The position numbers were made by a program, and so were the translations under genes. Of a stretch of DNA of 64,000 bases, positions 1 through 9,552 are shown one piece after another; the first letter of the stretch is position 1, and each line of letters begins with the position of its first letter. Below the pieces are notes generated by a model. It did no database searches, was not told where the DNA came from, and saw nothing but the letters and a program-made list of their open reading frames with translations. Origin of the DNA: Phycisphaeraceae bacterium. GTDB taxonomy: Bacteria > Planctomycetota > Phycisphaerae > Phycisphaerales > Zrk34. The DNA lies in the NCBI GenBank assembly GCA_040905565.1, contig JBBDRF010000062.1, forward strand, positions 1 through 64,000, in the 5' to 3' direction.

Positions 1-46
1 CCCCGAAGCCCACGGCGTACCGCCGTGGGTCCCCCCACGCACAACC

Positions 47-1129
47 TCACCCAATCGCCACCTGCCTTAACGCATGGTCCGCCAGCGTCAGCGCCATCAT
101 CGCCTCCGCCATCGGCACAAACCGTGGCAGCAGACACGGATCATGCCTCCCCTTCGTCGAGATCGTCGTCGCCTCCCCCGTCCGCGTCACCGTCGGCTGT
201 TCACGCGGCAGCGAACTGGTCGGCTTCACCGCACATCGCATCACAATCGGCATCCCGCTTGAAATCCCGCCCAGCATCCCGCCGTGCCGATTGGTCAGCG
301 TCACAATCTTCCCGTCGCGCGTCGTGAACGTGTCGTTGTTGGCGCTGCCGCGCATCGTCGCCACGCCGAACCCCGCCCCGTACTCCACGCCCAGCACCGC
401 CGGCAAACTGAACATCGCCTTACCCAGATCCGCCTTAAGCTTATCGAACACCGGCTCACCCCAGCCCGCCGGCACGTTCTTCGCGACGATCTCACCCACG
501 CCGCCCACCGAATCCTGATCACGCCGCAGCCGTTCGATCAGCGCGATCATCTCCTCCGCACATTCATGGTCCGGGCACCGCACCGGCGTCGCCTCCACCT
601 GCTCAAGCGTCACCGCCGCCGGGTCTTCCACGTCCGCATGCAGCGCCCCGACCTGCACCACATAGCCGAGCACCTCGACGCCCCAGCGTTCCCGCAACAG
701 CTTCTTCGCCACCGCACCCGCCGCCACGCGCGCCGTCGTCTCACGCGCACTGGATCGTCCCCCGCCCCGGTAATCCCGGAAACCGTACTTCGCATCGAAC
801 GTGTAGTCCGCATGCCCCGGCCGATATTTATCCTTGATCGCCGAGTAATCCCGCGAGCGTTGGTCGGCATTGCGAATCAGGATCGCGATCGAGGTCCCCG
901 TCGTGCGCCCTTCGAAAACGCCCGCCAGAATCTCCGCCTTGTCCGCCTCGTTCCGCTGCGTCACGATCTTCGATTGCCCCGGCCTCCGCCGATCCAGGTC
1001 CGGCTGAAGGTCGTCCACCGACAGTTCCATGCCCGCCGGCACGCCGTCGATGATCACCACATTGCCAGGCCCGTGGCTCTCGCCCGCCGTCGTAATCCGA
1101 AACAGTTGTCCAAAGCTGTTGCCAGCCAT
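47..1129 (-). CDS. aroC: chorismate synthase
   Basis: N-terminal [24 protein letters not shown] and GRHDPC motifs; 360 aa. Confidence 0.97.
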   Translation of the reverse strand: MAGNSFGQLFRITTAGESHGPGNVVIIDGVPAGMELSVDDLQPDLDRRRPGQSKIVTQRNEADKAEILAGVFEGRTTGTSIAILIRNADQRSRDYSAIKDKYRPGHADYTFDAKYGFRDYRGGGRSSARETTARVAAGAVAKKLLRERWGVEVLGYVVQVGALHADVEDPAAVTLEQVEATPVRCPDHECAEEMIALIERLRRDQDSVGGVGEIVAKNVPAGWGEPVFDKLKADLGKAMFSLPAVLGVEYGAGFGVATMRGSANNDTFTTRDGKIVTLTNRHGGMLGGISSGMPIVMRCAVKPTSSLPREQPTVTRTGEATTISTKGRHDPCLLPRFVPMAEAMMALTLADHALRQVAIG

Positions 1130-1230
1130 CTTTGCCGCTCGCTGTGAAAGAAAACCGCCCCGATCTTAGCACAGCTTCGCCGCTCACGCCGCTTCAAGCG
1201 GGTATGCCCACCGCCGCCGAGGATGAGCCG

Positions 1231-1259
1231 TTGACACGATCGAACCCGGTCCGTAATTT
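1231..1259 (+). promoter_or_regulatory. sigma70-type promoter of dnaA
   Basis: TTGACA (1231-1236), 17-bp spacer, TAATTT (1254-1259). Confidence 0.6.
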
Positions 1260-1369
1260 CGAACACGTCAACGTCCTCCCACGGCTGGTGGGAGGGCATC
1301 GTGCCGCTGGGATCGGTCGTGAACCGCGGCACCGCACCACGCACGGGAAAACCACCGAAAGAGCTGGCT

Positions 1370-2806
1370 ATGCCTAATCCCGACCCGGCCATCTGGCGGG
1401 AGATGCTGACCCATTTGCGCCGTCACCACGGCCACATCTGCCGCCAATGGTTCGAAGAACTCGAACCCATGCGCCTCGAAGGCGGCGTCCTCCAGATCCT
1501 CGTCCGCAACACCATCCAGAAAAATTACCTCGCCAAGCAGTGCCTCGATCCATTCAACGATGCCGTCCAGGCCGCCACCGGTAACCTCGTCGCCGTCCAC
1601 TTCGTCGACGAGGACGAAGCACTCCCCGCGCCCGCTGCCGATACCCATCGCAGCAACGGCAACGGCCATCCGCCCAGCAACGGCTCGCTCACCGCAAGCG
1701 TCACAAGCCGAACCACCAGCCGCGCCACCGGACCCGCGAATCGCTCGCTGAACCTCAGCCCCTTCGACGACGATCAGATCGTCCTCAGCCCCGACTACTG
1801 CTTCGATAACTTCGTCACAGGTCCCGGCAACCGCCTCGCTTATGCCGCCGCAGTCGCCGTCGCCGAGCAGCCCGGGCAGGCTTACAACCCTTTGTTCGTG
1901 CACGGCGGCGTCGGGCTCGGCAAGACCCACCTCCTCCAGGCCATCTGCCATACCATCCTCCAGAAAAAGCCCGACGCTCGCATCTGTTACCTCAGTTGCG
2001 ACAGCTTCATGAATCACTTTCTCGAAGCCGTTCAGCGTGGCGAGATGAGCGATTTCCGCAACCTCTACCGCCACGTCGATATCCTCCTCATCGACGACAT
2101 CCACTTCCTCACCAACCGCGAACGCACGCAGGAAGAATTCTTCCACACCTTCAACACCCTCTACCAATCCTCCAAGCAGATCGTGCTCTCCAGCGATTCG
2201 CCTCCCAACGAAATCCCGCAACTCGAGGAGCGCCTCGTCTCGCGATTCAACTGGGGGCTCGTCGCCCGGATCGATCGGCCGTGCTACGAAACACGCGTCG
2301 CGATTCTGCGAAAGAAGGCTGAGATCCGAGGCATCCACCTGCCCGACCCGATCATCAACTACATCGCCGAGCGCATCGATTCGAACACGCGCGAGCTCGA
2401 AGGTGCGATCACCAAAGTGCAGTCGCTGGTCATGCTCCAGGACCGTGAGCCGACCCTTGAACTCGCCCGTGAAGCCCTCGGTGAGCCGGCTGCGAATAAC
2501 CAGCCACAACTGACGATTCAGAACATCATTGATGCGGTAACGACCTTTTACGGGGTGAAACTCGCGGACCTCCAATCGAAGCGCCGGCATCGCTCAATTA
2601 CTGTGCCACGCCAGGTTTGCATGTATCTGGCGCGCCGCAGAACGCGTTATTCGCTTGAAGAGATCGGCGGGTACTTCGGCGGCCGGGACCACACCACCGT
2701 CATGCACGCCATCCGCACCACCGAGCAACGCATGGATGCCGAGTCGGAATTCGGGCGGCAGGTGCAGCAGATCGACAACACCCTCGTCACGCACGACAAG
2801 TCATGA
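1370..2806 (+). CDS. dnaA: chromosomal replication initiator DnaA
   Basis: YNPLFVHGGVGLGKTHL Walker A, LLIDDIHFL Walker B, GGRDHTTVMHA domain IV; ATG 1370 preferred over GTG 1301. Confidence 0.97.
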   Translation: MPNPDPAIWREMLTHLRRHHGHICRQWFEELEPMRLEGGVLQILVRNTIQKNYLAKQCLDPFNDAVQAATGNLVAVHFVDEDEALPAPAADTHRSNGNGHPPSNGSLTASVTSRTTSRATGPANRSLNLSPFDDDQIVLSPDYCFDNFVTGPGNRLAYAAAVAVAEQPGQAYNPLFVHGGVGLGKTHLLQAICHTILQKKPDARICYLSCDSFMNHFLEAVQRGEMSDFRNLYRHVDILLIDDIHFLTNRERTQEEFFHTFNTLYQSSKQIVLSSDSPPNEIPQLEERLVSRFNWGLVARIDRPCYETRVAILRKKAEIRGIHLPDPIINYIAERIDSNTRELEGAITKVQSLVMLQDREPTLELAREALGEPAANNQPQLTIQNIIDAVTTFYGVKLADLQSKRRHRSITVPRQVCMYLARRRTRYSLEEIGGYFGGRDHTTVMHAIRTTEQRMDAESEFGRQVQQIDNTLVTHDKS

Positions 2807-4605
2807 CCCCCCCCACCGTTACGAACGACGCCGCCCCCGAAGTCCGTGGGCTTTACAAGCGCTGGCCGGCGCCGCTGCCGATCTTGGACGATGCAGGTGA
2901 GATCGAAAAGCTCGCGCGGACGCTGAAGGTCGCCCCGTTGGTCGCGCAACTCTTGCATCAACGTGGGTTAACCGATGCCGACCAGGCCCGCCGCTTCTTC
3001 GACCCCAAACTGACCGACCTCCACGACCCACGCCAGCTGCCCGGCTGCGAGCGGGCCGCCGATCGCCTCGTGAATGCCGTCCGTAGTCGTGAATCCATAG
3101 TCATTTACGGCGATTACGATGTCGACGGCGTCACCGCCACGACCATCCTCTACCACGTCCTCAAGACCGCCGACCCCGACGCGAACGTCCGCTGTTACGT
3201 GCCCCATCGCATCGACGAAGGCTACGGCATCAACGCCGAGTCACTCGAGACGCTAGCTGAGGAAGGTGCAGCACTTATCGTTTCCGTCGACTGCGGCATC
3301 ACGGCCGTCGAGCCCGCGAAGATCGCAGCCGAACTCGGCCTCGACCTCATCATCACCGACCATCACGAAATCGGCGAGACGCTGCCCGATTGCTACGCCC
3401 TCGTCCACCCCCGCCTGCCCGGCGAGGATGGTAAATACTATCCTTTCTGTGAGTTATGTGGGGCGGGGGTGGCGTACAAGCTGGCGTGGCAGATCGCGCG
3501 GGCGTGGTGCGGGTCGGATCGCGTAACCACTGAACTGAGAACGGCTTTGGTGAATGTGCTGCCGTTCGCGGCGCTGGGCACCATCGCCGACGTTGTGCCC
3601 CTCGTCGATGAGAACCGCACCATCGCGCGGTACGGGCTGCAAAGGGTCAAGCAGACGCCGAACGTCGGGCTTAATGCCTTAATCGATGCGTCGCGTTTGC
3701 GGGACGAAAAGATCGACGCGTATCACGTGGGATTCGTGCTGGGGCCTAGACTTAACGCTTGCGGCCGCATGGGTCATGCCCGCGAAGCGGTGCGGCTTCT
3801 GACCGACGCGACGCCCGACGAAGCGGCTGAGATCGCCGAGTTTCTGAACGCTGAGAACGACCGGCGACGCGCGACGGAACGGAAGATCGTCGAGAGCGCG
3901 AAGGAGCAGGTTACTACCTGTGGTTACGACAGTAACGACGTTCGCGCGATCGTCCTCGCCGATGCGGACTGGCACCAGGGCGTCGTCGGGATCGTCTGCT
4001 CCCGGCTTGTCGAAACCTTCGGCCGGCCGTGCGTGCTGATGAATATCACCGACGGGCAGGCGCACGGCTCGGCCCGATCTATCGACGGCTTCAACATTTA
4101 CGACGCCTTCTGCGCCTGCCGGGAACACCTGACCACCTTCGGCGGCCACGCCATGGCTGCGGGCCTGCGCCTTCCCACTGAAAACCTCGATGCCTTCCGA
4201 AATGCCCTCGTGGCCTACACTAACGAACAGCTCAGTGTTGAGGATCTCACGCCCGTGCTGCGGATCGACGCGGACACCACCGTGGGTGACCTGACGCAAG
4301 GTGTGGTCGAACAGATCAACCGCCTGGCGCCGTTCGGCCGATCGAATCCGACACCCATCGTGCGGATCAACAACGTGCAACTGGATCAGTCAGCCCGTGT
4401 TATGGGCGCAGGCGGCAAGCACATCAACTTCACCGTGCGCGAGGGACGCGCGTCGCTGCGGTGCATCGGCTGGAGCATGGGCGACCTGTGCCCGCGCCTC
4501 CCAGCCGGCGTCCACGTCGACCTCGTCGGCGAGCCGAACCTAAATCACTTCAATGGACGAACTTCAGTTCAGCTGACGCTGAAGGATCTGCGGATTCGCG
4601 GGTAG
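2803..4605 (+). CDS. recJ: single-stranded-DNA exonuclease RecJ
   Basis: YGDYDVDG, VDCG, ITDHH, GSARS and GGHAMAAG motifs; ATGA overlap with the dnaA stop. Confidence 0.96.
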   Translation: MTPPTVTNDAAPEVRGLYKRWPAPLPILDDAGEIEKLARTLKVAPLVAQLLHQRGLTDADQARRFFDPKLTDLHDPRQLPGCERAADRLVNAVRSRESIVIYGDYDVDGVTATTILYHVLKTADPDANVRCYVPHRIDEGYGINAESLETLAEEGAALIVSVDCGITAVEPAKIAAELGLDLIITDHHEIGETLPDCYALVHPRLPGEDGKYYPFCELCGAGVAYKLAWQIARAWCGSDRVTTELRTALVNVLPFAALGTIADVVPLVDENRTIARYGLQRVKQTPNVGLNALIDASRLRDEKIDAYHVGFVLGPRLNACGRMGHAREAVRLLTDATPDEAAEIAEFLNAENDRRRATERKIVESAKEQVTTCGYDSNDVRAIVLADADWHQGVVGIVCSRLVETFGRPCVLMNITDGQAHGSARSIDGFNIYDAFCACREHLTTFGGHAMAAGLRLPTENLDAFRNALVAYTNEQLSVEDLTPVLRIDADTTVGDLTQGVVEQINRLAPFGRSNPTPIVRINNVQLDQSARVMGAGGKHINFTVREGRASLRCIGWSMGDLCPRLPAGVHVDLVGEPNLNHFNGRTSVQLTLKDLRIRG

Positions 4606-4654
4606 GGGGACCCCGACCAAGTCCGGGGCTATGTCTGGGGAAGGAGCGTGGGTT

Positions 4655-5026
4655 ATGTGGCGTTCTAGCGATGAGCAGTTGATCGAGCGAGCGCGTCGGT
4701 GGCTTTGGTGGCGGCGGCCGTTGGGAATCGGGTTCATGCTGTTCGGCGTGGTGGCAATGGTCGCCAGCTACGACCTTTACGAGCAGGTGAACGAGCTTGC
4801 GAAGGTGATGGCGGAAAGCGAAGCGGTGGCGGAGCGGGAGGGGGCGGAGGTCGTGCCGCTGACGCCGGTTCTGAACTTCCAGGCAGGGTTCATCGCGGGC
4901 AACGCTGCCTGGATCGGCTTGTGCATGCTGTTCGGGGGGTTCCTCTCGGCGTTTACGCGTGACCGCAAGACGGAGATATTGCTGAGGTTGTGGGATGAGC
5001 GGCGGCGTGGTGAGGGGGAGGGGTGA
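4655..5026 (+). CDS. hypothetical membrane protein (2 TM)
   Basis: AAGGAG RBS before ATG 4655; two hydrophobic segments. Confidence 0.65.
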   Translation: MWRSSDEQLIERARRWLWWRRPLGIGFMLFGVVAMVASYDLYEQVNELAKVMAESEAVAEREGAEVVPLTPVLNFQAGFIAGNAAWIGLCMLFGGFLSAFTRDRKTEILLRLWDERRRGEGEG

Positions 5027-5111
5027 GTGGTTGCGTGGGGGACCGGGTTGGGGACAACCCGGCTCTTTTGCGGTGGTGTTTTTGGGCGTGGTGGTGGTGG
5101 GGGGGCGCGTG

Positions 5112-5141
5112 AAAAAGCCACCGCCTGGGTGGCGGTGGCTT
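5112..5141 (-). terminator. intrinsic terminator downstream of trxA
   Basis: AAGCCACCGCC/GGCGGTGGCTT stem followed by a T-tract on the minus strand. Confidence 0.8.
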
Positions 5142-5169
5142 GGTGGGTGGCGTTTGGTGGGGGATCGCT

Positions 5170-5502
5170 TTAGGCGGTGTGTTCTTCGATGGCTTTGGCC
5201 ATGTCGGCTTTGTTGGTCATGCCGACGAATTTCTTGACCACTTCGCCGCCTGCGAAGAGGATGACGGTCGGGACGGCGTTGATCTGGTACTTGAGGGTGA
5301 TGTCGCGGTTGGCGTCGGTGTCGACCTTGCCGACCTTTGCTTTGCCTTTGTATTCATCGGCGATTTCGTCGATGGTGGGGGCAAGCATGCGGCAGGGCAT
5401 GCACCATTCGGCCCAGAAGTCTACGAGCACGGGCTGATCGGAGTTGATCACTTCCTGCTCGAAATTTCCATCGTTAAGTTCGAGGACGGTATCGGTGGCC
5501 AT
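5170..5502 (-). CDS. trxA: thioredoxin
   Basis: VLVDFWAEWCMPC active site; 110 aa. Confidence 0.95.
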   Translation of the reverse strand: MATDTVLELNDGNFEQEVINSDQPVLVDFWAEWCMPCRMLAPTIDEIADEYKGKAKVGKVDTDANRDITLKYQINAVPTVILFAGGEVVKKFVGMTNKADMAKAIEEHTA

Positions 5503-5587
5503 TTGCGGTCTCCTGTATGGGTTGAGCCCGCAGCACGGGCGAGGCGGTGTTCGAGTCAGGGCATTGTAGAAACGGATTTACAGCAGT

Positions 5588-6451
5588 TCAAGACGAGGCC
5601 GTGAAAGCGCGGCGGGCGCGGCGGACGGCGTAGGCGATGTCGACGGCGTGACGGTTGGTCAAGACATCATGGACGCGGACCATATGAACGCCTGCTTCGG
5701 CGGCGAGCGCGGAGGTGGCGGCGGTGGCGGGGTCGCGTTCGGTGGGTTCGTTGGTGCCGGTGATCTCGCCGAGGAAACGCTTGCGGCTGGTGCCGAGCAT
5801 GACGGGGTAGCCTGTGCTGACGAACGTGTCGAGATGGGCGAGGAGGGTGAGATTGTGATCGATGGTTTTGCCGAACCCGATGCCGGGGTCGAGGACGATC
5901 TGTGAGCGGGGGACGCCTGCGACCTGGGCGGCGGCGGCGCGATCGACCAGGAACTGGCGGACTTCGGCGACAACGTCCTCGTACGTTGGCTCGGCCTGCA
6001 TGGTGGCGGGTTGATCGAGCATGTGAGTGAGGATGATCGGCATACCTTCGCGGGCGGCGAGGAGGAAGAGGCGGTCGTCATCGTCCCGGCCTGCGGAGAC
6101 GTCGTTGATGATGGAAGCGCCGGCTTCGAAGGCGGCTTTGGCGACGGTGTGGCGGGTTGTGTCGATGCTGATTGGGACGCGGGTGCGCTGACGGAGGGTT
6201 TCGATGACCTCCTGGACACGGCCGATCTGTTCGCGGACGGGGACGCGCTCGGCTCCGGGACGGGTTGATTCGCCACCAATGTCGATGACGGCGGCGCCCT
6301 GGGCGATCATGCGGAGCGCGGAGGCGACGGCTTTGGCGGTGTTGGGATAAGCGCCGCCGTCGGAGAAGCTGTCGGGCGTAAGGTTGAGGACGCCGACGAT
6401 GAGCGGGCGGGAGAGATCGAGCAGGCGACCGTCTGGCAGAGTCAGGTGCAT
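5588..6451 (-). CDS. folP: dihydropteroate synthase
   Basis: GVLNLTPDSFSDGG, GGESTRPG, DPGIGFGK, GTSRKRF and VRVHDV motifs; start at MHLTL. Confidence 0.95.
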   Translation of the reverse strand: MHLTLPDGRLLDLSRPLIVGVLNLTPDSFSDGGAYPNTAKAVASALRMIAQGAAVIDIGGESTRPGAERVPVREQIGRVQEVIETLRQRTRVPISIDTTRHTVAKAAFEAGASIINDVSAGRDDDDRLFLLAAREGMPIILTHMLDQPATMQAEPTYEDVVAEVRQFLVDRAAAAQVAGVPRSQIVLDPGIGFGKTIDHNLTLLAHLDTFVSTGYPVMLGTSRKRFLGEITGTNEPTERDPATAATSALAAEAGVHMVRVHDVLTNRHAVDIAYAVRRARRAFTASS

Positions 6452-6503
6452 CGGTGGGAGAGTTCCTTGGGGTGCGTATTGATTGGGCAAGGAGGAGGCG
6501 GCG

Positions 6504-6815
6504 TTATTCGCCGAGGGCGGCGGCGATGCGTTCGAGGGTGGCGGCTTGCGGCCGATGCTTGGCGCTTTCGATACGGGAGAGCGTTTCGGCGCTGATGCCG
6601 GCGCGTTGTGCGAGTTCTTTCTGGGTGAGTCCGGCAGCAAGTCGTTTGGTGATGACGCTTCGGGCGAGGGTGGTTCGGATCGCTTCGCGTGCGGGGCGCG
6701 TGCCCTGGGCGTTGGGTTGCGGTAGTGAAGGGAGGTTGGCGCCGGTCAGCCGGCGGTACTCTTCCATCGGGATGACCGCGTACTCCTTACCTTCGATCGT
6801 CAGAACGTTTCGCAT
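6504..6815 (-). CDS. XRE-family HTH antitoxin (HigA-like)
   Basis: GLTQKELAQRAGISAETLSRIES HTH; directly downstream of the toxin gene. Confidence 0.85.
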   Translation of the reverse strand: MRNVLTIEGKEYAVIPMEEYRRLTGANLPSLPQPNAQGTRPAREAIRTTLARSVITKRLAAGLTQKELAQRAGISAETLSRIESAKHRPQAATLERIAAALGE

Positions 6816-6818
6816 GGT

Positions 6819-7073
6819 TCAATCCTCGTACACATTTTTGCGGTGACTCACCTTCATGATGGTGACGATGTCATCTGCGGCTGCGAAGACGACGCGGTAA
6901 TCGCCTGTGCGAATTCTGTAGCAGCCCTTCAAGTCGCCCCGGAGCGGCTTTGCGCCGCTCACCTCGGGCCACTTCTCCAGCCGATCGATGATACTTTCGA
7001 GGCGAACTTGGAGGCGCAGCGGCAGGGTGGCGATCTGGTCGAGTGCTTCTTCGGTGATGCGCACTTGGGGCAT
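6819..7073 (-). CDS. RelE/ParE-family toxin
   Basis: KPLRGDLKGCYRIRTGDYRVVF...HRKNVY pattern; ATG 7073 preferred because ATG 7082 overlaps the -10 box. Confidence 0.88.
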   Translation of the reverse strand: MPQVRITEEALDQIATLPLRLQVRLESIIDRLEKWPEVSGAKPLRGDLKGCYRIRTGDYRVVFAAADDIVTIMKVSHRKNVYED

Positions 7074-7080
7074 CTCAGTC

Positions 7081-7108
7081 ATTCTAGGAGAGGCCGCAAG
7101 TTTGTCAA
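7081..7108 (-). promoter_or_regulatory. promoter of the toxin-antitoxin operon
   Basis: TTGACA, 16-bp spacer, TAGAAT on the minus strand; 7 nt before ATG 7073. Confidence 0.65.
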
Positions 7109-7179
7109 TTATGTCGGGAGACGTGTGGGGGACCGGCCGGGCGTAGCCCGGCGGCTTGGGGGGTGGTTGGGCGTTTAAA

Positions 7180-7212
7180 TAACAGAACCCGCCGGGGTGG
7201 CGGGTTCTGTTA
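7180..7212 (-). terminator. terminator downstream of fbaA
   Basis: TAACAGAACCCGCC/GGCGGGTTCTGTTA perfect stem with an A/T-rich tail. Confidence 0.75.
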
Positions 7213-7235
7213 CGGATTGGATTTTCCGGAGACGT

Positions 7236-8285
7236 TTAGACGCCTGCGGTTGCTTTTTGGGTGAGGCTTTTGCCGGAGGCGAGGAGGTCTTCCGCGGCCT
7301 GCTGGACTCGGGCGGCCATGCCGGTTTCGCCTGCTTTGAGGAAGGCGCGGGGGTCGTATTTTTTCTTGTTGCCGACTTCGCCGTCGACTTTGAGGACCTC
7401 GTCGTAGTTGCGGAACATGTGGTCGGCAACGGGGCGGGTGAAGGCGTACTGGGTGTCGGTATCGACGTTCATTTTGATGACGCCGTAGTCGAGCGTTTCG
7501 CGGATTTGTTCTTGCGCGGTGCCTGAGCCGCCGTGGAAGACGAGGTGGAATTCGGCTTCGGCGCCGAACTCTTTCTTGAGTGCGTCCTGGCCCTGCTTAA
7601 GGATCTCGGGGCGGAGTTTGACGGCCCCGGGCTTGTAGTGGCCGTGGACGTTGCCGAAGGTCGCGGCGAACATGTAGGTGCCGTCGACGTCCTTCATGCG
7701 GCGGTAAACTTCGACCATGTCCTCGGGGGTGGTGTAAAGCTTATCCTGCGGGGTATCGGCGTTGCCGGCTGCGCCGTCTTCCTCGCCACCGACGACGCCT
7801 GCTTCGATCTCGATCATCATGCCGATCTTGGCGAGGCGTTCGTAGAGGGGGACGCTGAGGTCGAGGTTTTCGTTGAGGGGCAGGTTGGAAGCGTCGAGCA
7901 TGTGGCTGCTGAAGAGGGGGAGCTTGCCCTCAGCGACGCGACGCTCGGACTCTTCGATGAGCGGGATCATGAAGGTGTCGACCTGATCGGGCGGGCAGTG
8001 GTCGGTGTGGAGCGCGATGGTGATGGAATAGTGCTCAGCAACGCGGTGGATGTGCTCGGCGATGGAGATGGCACCGACGACCATATCGCCGACGCCCTGG
8101 CCGCTGGCGAACTTGCCGCCGCCTGTGGAGACCTGGAGGATGCCGTCGCTGCCTGCATCGGCGAGGCCCTTAAGGGCGGCGTTGGCGGTGATCATGCTGG
8201 TGACGTTGATGGCGGGATAGGCGTACTTGCCTTTGTGGGCGGCATCGAGCATCTGGCGATACTGTTCTGGGGTCGCGACAGGCAT
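7236..8285 (-). CDS. fbaA: class II fructose-bisphosphate aldolase
   Basis: ALHTDHC, FGNVHG, VFHGGSG, KMNVDTDTQ and KKKYDPR motifs. Confidence 0.96.
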   Translation of the reverse strand: MPVATPEQYRQMLDAAHKGKYAYPAINVTSMITANAALKGLADAGSDGILQVSTGGGKFASGQGVGDMVVGAISIAEHIHRVAEHYSITIALHTDHCPPDQVDTFMIPLIEESERRVAEGKLPLFSSHMLDASNLPLNENLDLSVPLYERLAKIGMMIEIEAGVVGGEEDGAAGNADTPQDKLYTTPEDMVEVYRRMKDVDGTYMFAATFGNVHGHYKPGAVKLRPEILKQGQDALKKEFGAEAEFHLVFHGGSGTAQEQIRETLDYGVIKMNVDTDTQYAFTRPVADHMFRNYDEVLKVDGEVGNKKKYDPRAFLKAGETGMAARVQQAAEDLLASGKSLTQKATAGV

Positions 8286-8449
8286 GGCGATCTCACTTTC
8301 TTTTTTTGGTCCGCGGTTGGTCAGGTGTTTCTCTCACCCCGAGCCGTCGGCGCCGGTGCCGACGGTCCTGAACCAACCGCTTTTGAGTTTATCTTACGCC
8401 GCCGCTTGAACAAGCATTATCCCGCTGATTGAGCGGGATGTGGCGGCAA

Positions 8450-8524
8450 TATCCCCAACGGGATTTGAACCCGTGTCTCCACCTTGAAAGGGTGGTGTCC
8501 TGGGCCAGGCTAGACGATGGGGAC
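8450..8524 (-). tRNA. tRNA-Glu (anticodon TTC), CCA not encoded
   Basis: reverse complement GTCCCCATCGTCTAGCCTGGCCCAGGACACCACCCTTTCAAGGTGGAGACACGGGTTCAAATCCCGTTGGGGATA folds as a cloverleaf with TTC anticodon and GTTCAAATC T-loop. Confidence 0.97.
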
Positions 8525-8655
8525 GGCCGAGAGGGTCATTGTAGCGAATGAGGCTGGCAGGGCAAGTTGAGGAGGCGGGTTTGAGAGAGGCGGGCTGTCC
8601 TCAGCCCGGGCGGCGCGCGTGGCGGGTGTGGGGTGAGGGCGTGGGTTATGTCACT

Positions 8656-9552
8656 TTAAGAGGCTGCCGGTGGGTTAGCGCGATCGTCAGTGTTCAGCGG
8701 GCCGTCCGGGGCTGTTACTATCGACTCACCTATAGCACTCTCGTACGGGGCTCCAGTGATGGTTTCCGGCACAAGGGCTGAAGGCTGAAGTTGCTCCCTT
8801 GCTCGACCGGCATAAGTGTGATTCTCAAGGACGTCTTGGATGACACAAGATTTCCAGACCCGCCCGATTTCGGACGTCTCACCCTCACGTCCCGCGTATA
8901 CGCCCAAAAAACGCGTGCCACCGTTTCCGATCACGGTCCCCCCGCCTCGCGTCGCGTAGCCGTTGAGCCTTCTTGCTACCACTGGCGAGCCGGACATGCC
9001 TCCCCTTGTGGTTGCATCGATCAAGAAGACTGGCTGATCGTCGTAATCTATCTCAGGTTCTGAGGCGATGTGCCCAGTCTTCCAGATGGGCAGCCTACCG
9101 CGTCCTGTGAAAGATTGAGGAAAGCCGATTACCTGGACGGGTTCACCACAAGCAATGGCCAGATCAAATTCTGCCATATCCAGACTAAGTGGATGAAACC
9201 TTACGTCTGACCCCGCAAAAATTGTCAGGGGAAGCGCAACCACATCAACCGCTTTACCTGTTGGATGCTCTATCCATAGCGGCTCTTTATTTTCATCTAG
9301 AAGTGGTTCGTCAACGCTGGTCCAATTCCCGAGCTTGGATCTGTGGTGCCAAACCCTCATCGCTGTCGGCATTGCTTTTTCTTCGTTGGTCAACGGATTG
9401 GTGGCGGACACGACATGCCAATTCGTGATCAGGAAAGGGGCACCCCGATGCTTAACCACAAAGCCTGTTGCGTATCCAATGATGCGACCGTGCTCCAACA
9501 CCTCGAGGCACAGACTTGTCGTTGATAATTCGTCGATTCTGGGGCCGTGCAT
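8656..9552 (-). CDS. trypsin-like serine protease, no signal peptide
   Basis: ITNWHVV (His), DVVAL (Asp), GGMSGSPV (Ser); AGGAG RBS. Confidence 0.85.
   Translation of the reverse strand: MHGPRIDELSTTSLCLEVLEHGRIIGYATGFVVKHRGAPFLITNWHVVSATNPLTNEEKAMPTAMRVWHHRSKLGNWTSVDEPLLDENKEPLWIEHPTGKAVDVVALPLTIFAGSDVRFHPLSLDMAEFDLAIACGEPVQVIGFPQSFTGRGRLPIWKTGHIASEPEIDYDDQPVFLIDATTRGGMSGSPVVARRLNGYATRGGGTVIGNGGTRFLGVYAGREGETSEIGRVWKSCVIQDVLENHTYAGRAREQLQPSALVPETITGAPYESAIGESIVTAPDGPLNTDDRANPPAAS

Noticed and set aside
1130..1369. Classical oriC upstream of dnaA
   Set aside because: No DnaA boxes or AT-rich unwinding element seen, and the skew does not switch here
1268..2590. Long antisense ORFs (e.g. 1268-2590, 17302-18627, 34357-35883, 48049-49626, 52409-54007)
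   Set aside because: Shadows of well-supported genes on the opposite strand, expected at high GC; no recognisable motifs
3720..3937. parS-like or dif-like sites in recJ (GTATCACGTGGGAT; GTTAC-N4-GTAAC)
   Set aside because: Three or more mismatches to consensus, single occurrences, and no XerC arm
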